This document shows, piece by piece, positions 1-8,416 of a stretch of 64,000 bases of DNA. The stretch is taken from the NCBI GenBank assembly GCA_964270895.1, contig OZ185446.1, one strand, 5' to 3'. The notes beneath the pieces were generated by a model. That model did not search any database. It saw nothing but the letters and a program-made list of their open reading frames with translations, and was not told where the DNA came from. How positions within the stretch are numbered: the first letter of the stretch is position 1; each line of letters opens with the position of its first letter. The stretch is from Podarcis filfolensis. Lineage: Eukaryota. Both the position numbers and the translations under genes were made by a program.

Positions 1-296
1 CCTTGTGATTGAATTTCGATTGCCACAAATCTTCCTTGATCATCTTTAAAAACAAATTTCGGTGATAGGCTCTCTTTTGCATAAATAACTACTCCTCTCT
101 TTTTAACCTTGTCCGATGAAATAAACTCTTGACCCAATCTTTTATTAATCAGTACTTTCCTGTGTAGCCTTATCACATGTGTTTCCTGTAAACAAATCAA
201 GTCCAATTGTTCCTTTTTCAATAAATGAAAGACTTTCCTCCTTTTCTCCGGGGAGTTAAATCCATGAATGTTCCAACTTAATAGTTGCAGAGACAT
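1..296 (-). CDS. L1-clade LINE ORF2, N-terminal APE endonuclease (continues beyond the left window edge)
   Basis: Manual translation from ATG at 296: MSLQLLSWNIHGFNSPEKRRKVFHLLKKEQLDLICLQETH...KKRGVVIY...DDQGRFV, open to the window edge. The SWNxxG and LQETH motifs are typical of LINE APE domains. Starts 7 nt after the ORF1 stop. Confidence 0.93.
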   Translation of the reverse strand, partial: MSLQLLSWNIHGFNSPEKRRKVFHLLKKEQLDLICLQETHVIRLHRKVLINKRLGQEFISSDKVKKRGVVIYAKESLSPKFVFKDDQGRFVAIEIQSQ

Positions 297-303
297 GGTG
301 TAT

Positions 304-1356
304 TTATTTTGCTTTTCCTCCAACTGCTCCCAATAATTCCTCTTGTTCTGACGGTGGTATCACTTTCTCTAGCTTGTCCAATCCCAAAGGTGGTGGTACT
401 ATGTCTAGTACTCCTGGTTTTAAAGCTCTTAGCTCTTCTACAGCTTCTTTTTGCAGGTCTTCTCCGTGTTCTCTCAAAAAATTTTCTTTATCTTCCACTG
501 ATCTTATTTTAAACTTTTTCTCTTTAAAGGTAAAAGATAGGCCTTGGGGGAATTCCCACCTAAAAATGGTTCTATTTCCTTTCAACAGGGCCACCAAATC
601 TCCGTAATTAGACCTAAGGTCCAAAAGATGTTTCGGAATGTCCTTAAATATCTCCACTCTTGATTCGTTTATTTCCAAGGTCTTCTGGAAGTGCAGACTC
701 AGTATTTTGTCTCTCTCCTCTTTTGATCGGAGGGTAATCAAACAGTCTCTCGACCTGTTCTTTCTCCCTCCTCTTCCAAGTCTAAAAGCACTTACTATCT
801 TAAAGTCTTGCTTATCATCCAAGTTCCAAAAGTCTGCAAATTCCTGTGTAAGAAAATCACTTAGGCTGTCTTTTTCAAGTTCAGGTACTGCCCTGATCCT
901 CAGATTGGTCTGTTTCTCCTTCAGTTCAATCATAGACAAAAGCGACTGATGGTCCCCAAGCTGTTTGCATATCGGTGTTATCTTTTCCTCTACAGCCGCT
1001 GCTTTTTCCCTTGCTTCCTCAGCTGTCTTTCGATTAGAAGTAGATTCTTGCAGCAGTTTTTCAATGGATTCTGTATTTGAATTCACCTTCTGCCCCAGGT
1101 TGTTAATGCTAGTAGTATTTTGGTCAATTTTAGTTGTTGCTTCAGTAACTTGTTTGCTTAATTTTTCCAATGTTTCATAAATTTTACTTAATACTGAAGT
1201 AAATCCCTCTTCAGAGGCCATTCCTTTTGACCCAGCTTGTACAGGATCTTCCCCCTGTGGTGCAGGAGGGCCGGATGCAGATGCTCTACGCTGCTGCGAT
1301 GCTGCACTGGTCTGCTGCAATCTAACCTTGCCCGATCTTGTTATTTTTTCATCCAT
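304..1356 (-). CDS. L1-clade LINE ORF1p (coiled coil + RRM + CTD), about 350 aa, intact
   Basis: The track ORF 304..1449 begins at a TTG; the first ATG is at 1356 (MDEKITRSGK). It shows a heptad-rich segment, NLRIRAVPE, AFRLG...RDCLITL, VEIFKD and RWEFPQGLSFTF motifs resembling L1 ORF1p. Lies directly upstream of the ORF2 endonuclease. Confidence 0.88.
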   Translation of the reverse strand: MDEKITRSGKVRLQQTSAASQQRRASASGPPAPQGEDPVQAGSKGMASEEGFTSVLSKIYETLEKLSKQVTEATTKIDQNTTSINNLGQKVNSNTESIEKLLQESTSNRKTAEEAREKAAAVEEKITPICKQLGDHQSLLSMIELKEKQTNLRIRAVPELEKDSLSDFLTQEFADFWNLDDKQDFKIVSAFRLGRGGRKNRSRDCLITLRSKEERDKILSLHFQKTLEINESRVEIFKDIPKHLLDLRSNYGDLVALLKGNRTIFRWEFPQGLSFTFKEKKFKIRSVEDKENFLREHGEDLQKEAVEELRALKPGVLDIVPPPLGLDKLEKVIPPSEQEELLGAVGGKAK

Positions 1357-2029
1357 CACACTTTGTCTGAGAATCAAGGTCAGTCCCACGGCCAAAGCTT
1401 GTTTTGCAGTGGAAATTCCCAAGCTAGTTGAGAATGGAAAATTCCCCAACTAGTTGTAACAATTTCAGTGTTCCTCTAGGGGGACACAGTAGCAGTCAAT
1501 AGTATTGCAATAGAGTATCTTTTCCAACTTTTCCAAAGTCCCCCTTCAACAAAATAGGCAACAGTTTCAAGTCCAAAGAAGCCCTTCAAAAAGTATCTCC
1601 CTTGCAGAGTTAACTGTCAAAAAGTTACATTGTCCATAAATAGTGCGACTCTCAGTACAGCAGTTCTAATAATCCTGGCAATCCGTTCCCAAGGATTAAG
1701 TGGTGGTCTTTATTCCCTTTTCTCTCCTTCTTTTCTTTTTTTTTTTTTTGCAGGCAAAAAAATACTTTCCCCTCTTCCCTCCCCTCTCCTGCAATTCAGG
1801 GAGGGAATTCTTTTGCTTTGACGTTAGGATTTGAGACTTTTAAACACAACTCTCCAGGTCTTAGCTTAAACAGTCTTTGCTTTGATCTGTATACAGAAAG
1901 CAGAAGGCGGACTTCCTGTTTACGCCTTCCCGCTTCAGTGCCAAATTAGTCCTTTTTTTCCTTTGATCCCCAATCTTTAAGCTTCACCTACTCACGGGTA
2001 GTTGTTTAGTAGCCGAATTGTCACAGGAA

Positions 2030-2325
2030 AAAGGTCAGCGCTCTCCGGCAACAGCTGCACGGCTTCACTCCACGGAAGAAGCAATTGACACTCAGCACCG
2101 CGCCAAACTCCCCGTTACGCTCCAGAGCCCCTCGCAGGGTTCCCTCGCGAATTGGGGGGGGCGCTAAAGGTGCCCGCCGAGTCCCATGGTCACAAGCTTC
2201 ACCCGCCTGTGATTTTCAAAAGGGTCCCCGCTTCGCCGTAGCGGCAAGACCCGATTTCCACGGAGCTACTCCCTCCAGATTAGAGGGAATCCGCCATTGC
2301 CGATGGCGCCACCTCCGGAAGTCCC
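2030..2325 (-). promoter_or_regulatory. CpG-rich internal Pol II promoter of the L1 5'UTR
   Basis: CpG retained in a CpG-depleted background. ETS-like CCGGAAGT at 2315-2322 and YY1-like ATGGCG cores at 2291-2308, at the element terminus. Confidence 0.6.
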
Positions 2326-2330
2326 TGAAC

Positions 2331-2739
2331 ACCAATCCTTATGAGGAATGGTTGAAGGATTTGGGTATGTTTTTAGCCTGGTAAAGAGGAGATTGAGAGG
2401 GGATACAACAGCCATCTTCAGATATCTAAAGAGCTGTCACATGAAAGAAGGAGTAGGCTTGTTTTCTCTTGCTCTGGAGGACAGGACTCGAACCAATGGC
2501 TTCAAGTTACAAGAAAGGAGATTCCAACTAAACATACGGAAGAACTTTCTGATATTAAGAGCTGTTCAACTCTTGGAATGGACTCCCTCAAAAGGTGGTG
2601 GACATACATCTTTAAGCAGAAGTTAAACGATTAACTGTAATGTATGTTTTAGTTGAGGTTCCTGCATTGCAGGGGCTTGGACTAGATGACCCTTAAGATC
2701 CCTTCCAACTCTACAATTCTATGGTTCTATGATTCTATG
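2331..2739 (+). mobile_element. CR1 LINE 3' fragment
   Basis: Encodes PYEEWLK.LGMF..KRRLRGD...FRYLK and [13 protein letters not shown]. Ends in CCTTCCAACTCTACAATTCTATG followed by ATTCTATG-type repeats. Confidence 0.9.
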
Positions 2740-4730
2740 CCATTTTAAATTTTCTCTAGCTTTTAATTGAATTTTATTTAATTTAGTTTTGATGGCTATC
2801 AATTGAATGTGTTACTGTATTTTATTGCTTTATTAGCATCTGTGATTTTAATGACTTTTGTGTTTAAAAATTCCATTAGCCACTTTGAAACCCTTAGACT
2901 GAGAGATAGGATTACAAATGAAATAAGGCACAGGCAGGTGAAAGATTCACCCCCTTTGGTCCATTACTTCTGTGATGCAAACTGAACCATTTACTCCACC
3001 ACTTTATGGTTGTTTGGAGTAAACTCACATTTGAAGACACAGGTGTGCTAGCATCATACATAGTTCTATCCTAAGCTCTCCTTCTTTGGAATTCTTTAAA
3101 GCTAACAGGTGCAAGCTGGTTGGTAAAAGAGTGTTTTTGATTTGTGAAGCAAGACAAATGTCATATGGGTTCTACTCTAATGCAGAGGAAGGAGAAAATG
3201 TCCCCCAAATTTCAAAACTTCTCAGAGACGGCAGCAGAGATGCCTCAAGGTGTACAGGTCATGGCCAGTCCACACACCTTCCCCACAGAATGTGTGATAG
3301 TGCAAGGCTATAAGGAGGACGGAGCCAAGGGAGGGGCAAGGTGAGATGGATCCTCCTCACCCTGGGTGCGCCAGCTGTGTCTTATGGCTCATAGGCTGCA
3401 GTAGCAAGTATTCAAATTAGCTCACTTGTTCTCCTGAGCAGGGAAAAGGGAGGAAAGGCAAGTGGCTCTTGTACAGCATAACAATCCCAGTACTTTTCTT
3501 GATCGTCACAGTGCTTTCTGAGCTGATGTGGATAATCTTGATGGGTGGCAACCCAATTTACATCAGACAGTTCAGTGAGAAAGAACGTCTTCTTTCAACA
3601 GCCGTGTTCCATTGTGATAAAGGAGATGTTTCCCTTTATGCTTGATAAATAGCAACACTTTTGCTTTTTGCGCTGCCAGTAAAAGATTTATGATGTCCTT
3701 AGCTATTCGTTTACTCACTTTAAATGCTTGCATTAGGGTTTTCCTAAATTATATGCTAAGGAGCTACACTGTTAAACTTCTAACTGGCTTTATAAACAGA
3801 AGGCTTATTGTCTGCATGTTAAGATCTGGATGGGCACTATGAATCAAGGCAGCCAAGTACACACAGTAAAACTTGTGTATTTAATCACATTCCCCCCTGA
3901 CCTTGAACTAGGCAGGCGCCCCCATTACGCATTAGCTGTGTGAAAGGACTCTGCGGTGCGTGGCTCCTCCGCACCCATTCTGCCCAGCCGCTGCCACTGA
4001 CCTGCTAATGGAACATAGGCAGCTGTTTTATACTGAGTCAGACCATTGCTTCACTTAGCTCAATATTGTCTACACTGACTTGCAGCAGCTCTCCAGGCTA
4101 GTTTCAGGGAGGGGACATTCCCAGTCCTGCCTGGATATACTGAGGACTGGACCTTCTGCAAGCACAGCAGAAGCTGAGCTAGTGTGAACGTCTGAGGCAC
4201 AAAAGCCTTACGCATGTAGACCTCTCCTTGCACTGGCTTCCATGGATTCTGGGGGGAGAGCTGGATGTCACTGGAGGCAAGTCCAGATTGTTGTTGTGTA
4301 TTTGGCCTTTGTTTAATTTGTTTGGGGGAAATACAACTTAGGACATCCATTTCTCTTCTCTTCCCCAAGGCCTCAGCTGTGTCTGCCTCATCTCAAACTC
4401 TATGAACGGTAATTATCTGAAGATGCCAAGAATTCATTGTTCATTTTTTTTATAAGATATTTATTAAGATTTTTTAAAGTATTACAATAAAATGAAAAAA
4501 AAATAACAAAAATACAAAATAAAAATAGTTAAAAACACACAGATTTTCCATTGCTTATTTTCCTTTAGCTTGTTTCCCAGACCTCCTCATACCTCCCTTT
4601 TTTGTATTCCACTTCAAATTGTTGATTCAGCAAATCCTTACCATTATGTTTTTACCTATTTATAACCCTTTTTTCATATTCTCTTAAAGCATTACAGCTG
4701 GAAACCACTTAATTTCTATCCAACATCATT

Positions 4731-7700
4731 CTAACATTCATTAATTTTACAATATTTCTGTAGATAGTCTTTGAATTTCTTCCAGTCTTCTTCCACCGAC
4801 TCTTCTCCCTGGTCTCGGATTCTGCCAGTCATTTCTGCCAATCCCATATAGTCCATCACCTTCGTCTGCCATTCTTCCAAAGTGGGTAGATCTTGTGTCT
4901 TCCAATACTTTGCAATGAGTATTCTTGCTGCTGTTGTAGCGTACATAAAAAAGGTTCTGTCCTTCTTTGGCACCAATTGGCCGACAATGCCCAGAAGGAA
5001 GGCCTCTGGTTTCTTCAGGAAGGTATATTTAAATACCTTTTTCATTTCATTATAGATCATTTCCCAGAAAGCCTTAATTCTTGGGCACGTCCACCAAAGG
5101 TGAAAGAATGTACCTTCAGTTTCTTTACATTTCCAACATTTATTATCGGGCAAATGATATATTTTTGCAAGCTTGACTGGGGTCATGTACCACCTGTATA
5201 TCATTTTCATAATATTCTCTCTTAAGACATTACATGCCGTAAATTTCATACCTGTGGTCCACAACTGTTCCCAGTCAGCAAACATAATGTTATGTCCAAC
5301 ATCCTGTGCCCATTTAATCATAGCAGATTTCACCGTTTCATCCTGTGTATTCCATTTCAACAGCAAGTTATACATCCTTGACAAAATCTTAGTTTTGGGT
5401 TCTAACAGTTCTGATTCTAATTTTGATTTTTCCACCTGGAAGCCAATTTTCTTGTCCAAATTATATGCCTCCATTATCTGATAATAATGAAGCCAATCTC
5501 GCACTTTGTTTTTTAGTTTCTCAAAACTCTGCAGTTTTAGTCTATCTCCCTCTTGTTCCAAAATTTCCCAATATTTCGGCCATTTGGCCTCCATATTGAG
5601 CTTTTTCTGGGCTTTTGCTTCCATTGGTGACAGCCACCTTGGGGTTTTATTTCCCAATAAATCCTTATATCTTATCCAAACATTGAACAAAGCTTTCCTG
5701 ACAATATGGTTCTTAAATGCTTTATGTGCTTTAACCTTGTCGTACCACAAATATGCATGCCACCCGAAGACATTGTTAAAACCTTCTAAATCCAAAATGT
5801 CTGTGTTCTCAAGAAGCAGCCAGTCTTTCAACCAGCAGAATGCTGCTGATGCATAGTAAAGTTTAAAGTCTGGCAGGGCAAATCCACCCCTTTCCTTTGC
5901 GTCAGTTAATATCTTGAATTTTATTCTGGGCTTCTTGCCCTGCCAGACAAATCTAGAGATATCTTCCTGCCACTTCTTGAAACAATCCATCTTGTCCACA
6001 ATTTGCAGTGTTTGAAACAAAAGCAGCATTCTAGGCAATACATTCATCTTTATAGCTGCAATTCGACCCAACAAGGAAAGCTTCAAATTTGACCAAATTT
6101 CTAAGTCTTTTTTCACTTCCGTCCAACATTTTTCATAATTATCTTTAAATAAGTTCCCATTTTTTGCTGTCATGTTAATCCCCAAGTATTTCACTTTCTT
6201 AACCACAGTCAGACCTGTCTCATTCTGAAACCTCTCTCTTTCAATCGGTGTTAAATTTTTCTCTAAAACCTTAGTTTTTGACTTGTTCAGTTTGAATCCT
6301 GCCACTTGACCAAATTCTTGAATTAGTTCTAAAACCCTTTTAGTACTAGATTCTGGCTCCTGTAACGTCAATACTAAGTCATCTGCAAATGCTCTCAATT
6401 TGTACTGTTTGGCTCCGACCTGTATACCTTTAACCAACCGGTCCCTTCTAATCATATTCAGCAGAACCTCCAGGACTGATATAAAAAGCAATGGGGAGAT
6501 TGGGCACCCCTGTCGTGTCCCTTTTTCTATCTTAAATTCTTTCGTCACCACATTATTTACAATTAATTTAGCCTTTTGTTCAGAATATATTGCACCTATA
6601 CCATTTTCAAAACCTTGGCCTACCCCCATCCCCTGTAGGTTCTTTTTCATAAAACTCCAAGAGATGTTGTCAAAAGCTTTCTCCGCGTCCACAAATATCA
6701 GAGCTGCTTTAGTGTTTATATTCACTTCTAGTTTTTCCAGGATATCAATTATGTTCCTCAAATTATCAGACAAATGTCTTCCCGGGAGAAAGCCCGCTTG
6801 ATCTTTATGAATCTCTTCCATCAATACTTTTTTCAATCTCTTGGCCAAAATGTCAGCAAAAATTTTGTAATCCACATTAAGTAACGATATAGGGCGGTAG
6901 TTCTTAAGCTGAGTCTTTTCAGTCTCTATTTTCGGTATAAGTGTAATATACACCTCTTTCCACGACTCTGGTGCCCTCTTCCCTTCCAGAATTTCATTGC
7001 AGACTTCCTCAAAGGTTGTAATAACCACTCTTTCAAAGATCTATAATATCTAGAAGTCAGCCCTGGAGATTTGCCCAATTGCATATTTTGAATGGCACCT
7101 TCTACTTCCTGTTCAGATATTTTATAGTTCAACATTAATTTACTTTCTTGGGAGATTTTTTGTAATCCATTTGTCTTCAAAAATCGGTCTATGTCCATTT
7201 CTTTCTGTGGCCCTTGTGAGTATAATTGTTTAAAATACCTCTGGAAACAATTTCTAATCTCAATTGGGTTATGTATGTTCTTTCCTTCCACTTCTAAATT
7301 TGTAATAGTATTTAATTTTTGTCTTTTTTTCATTTGCCAAGCCAACATTTTCCCACATTTATTAGCTGATTCAAATGTTTTTTGTCTCATTTGTTTAATT
7401 TTCCATTCTATTTCCTGATTCATCATTTCCATATATTGTACTGTGGTGTCCCGCAAGACGAATGCCTCGCTAAACGAAAAACCCGCAAGACGAAAGGGTT
7501 TTCCGATTTTTTAGCGGCTTCGCAAGACGAATTTCCCTATGGGCTTGCTTCGCAAGACGAAAGCCCATAGGGAAATCTCCGGGGACAGCGGGGAAGAGCG
7601 CCCCTCTTGTGGGGCAGTAGGCTGCTATCCGCAGCTTGGAGAGCCCTGCGGGGAACTCCTGCAGGGCTCCCCAAGCTGCGAATGTCTGCCCCTCGCGCGG

Positions 7701-8416
7701 GGCAGCAGGCTGCTATCCGCAGCCTAGGCAGCCCTGCGGGAACTCTTCTGAAGGCTGGCGGCGGGAGAAGGGCTTTTCTTCCCACCGCCAGCCTTCAGAA
7801 GGCTGTTCTGAAGGCTGGCGGTGGGGAGAAAAGTCCTTCTCCCCCCGCCAGCCTTCAGAAGAGGTCCGGGGACAGACTGTCCCCGGACCTGGTCTGAAGG
7901 CGGTCTCCATAGGAACGCATTAATTGATTTTCAATGCATTCCTATGGGAAACCGTGCTTCGCAAGACGAAAAACTCTCAAGAAGAAAAAACTTGCGGAAC
8001 GAATTAATTTCATCTTGCGAGGCACCACTGTACTTGATATAGTTTTATTTCTCTCAAGATCTCCTGCGACTTTGGTTTTGCCCTCAATTTCTTCTCACTT
8101 TCTTTTATTTTCTCCAAAATTTTATCTTTCTTCTCATTTTGACTTCTCTTCTTTATTGCATTCTGTTGTATCAAAAACCCTCTCATAACAGCTTTGCTTG
8201 CGTCCCAGATTACTCTTTTTTCTACATTAGTATTCATATTTATTTCAAAATAATCTCTCAAAGTTTTTTGGGCCTTTTTATACACTTCTTCATCTCTAAA
8301 TAAGGTGTCATTCATCCTCCATCTGAAGGAGCCAGTTGATATTTGCTTCATCTCCATCCTTACAGCGTTATGGTCGGAGCAAGTTTTTGGGCAGATTTCC
8401 ACTTTCTTTATCTTTG
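4731..8416 (-). pseudogene. Disrupted L1 ORF2 (endonuclease C-terminus, RT, CCHC zinc knuckle)
   Basis: Motifs YRPISLLNVDYKI, DAEKAFD, GTRQGCPISP, FADD, YLGI and CWKC...HLWWTC. Lesions: MITE at 7441-8030, apparent 9-bp in-frame deletion (KSPG-L instead of KSPGPDGL) and a 1-bp frameshift near 7010. The remaining ~2.28 kb is stop-free. Confidence 0.92.
7441..8030. mobile_element. Tc1/mariner-type MITE (CAGTGGTRCC termini) with GC-rich hairpin interior, inserted in L1 ORF2
   Basis: TA TSD at 7439-7440 and 8031-8032. Imperfect TIRs CTGTGGTGTCCCGCAAGACGAA and rc CAGTGGTGCCTCGCAAGATGAA. Removing the element restores the L1 frame LYQV|QYMEMM. Confidence 0.92.

Larger units (their letters stand above)
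1..2325 (-). mobile_element. L1-clade LINE, 5' portion with complete 5'UTR (possibly full-length)
   Basis: About 970-nt 5'UTR, then ORF1, then ORF2. The minus strand starts GGGACTTCCGGAGGTGGCGCCATCGGCAATGGCGG, where CpG-rich sequence abruptly meets a CR1 remnant. Confidence 0.85.
4444..8416 (-). mobile_element. 5'-truncated L1-clade LINE with poly(A) tail and 17-bp TSD, interrupted by a MITE
   Basis: TSD CAAGAATTCATTGTTCA at 4427-4443 and 8417-8433. Poly(T) at 4444-4451 and TTTATT (AATAAA on minus) at 4460-4465. ORF2 pieces 8010..8402 (SDHN endonuclease end), 6926..7456 and 4731..7028. Confidence 0.95.

Noticed and set aside
2085-2384. Antisense ORF in the L1 5'UTR (ORF0-like?)
   Set aside because: It starts at TTG, runs out of the element into CR1, and GC richness explains the open frame.
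7746-7860. Tandem palindromic 55-bp units resembling CRISPR repeats
   Set aside because: Only two units, no unique spacers, located inside a eukaryotic MITE, and no cas genes.
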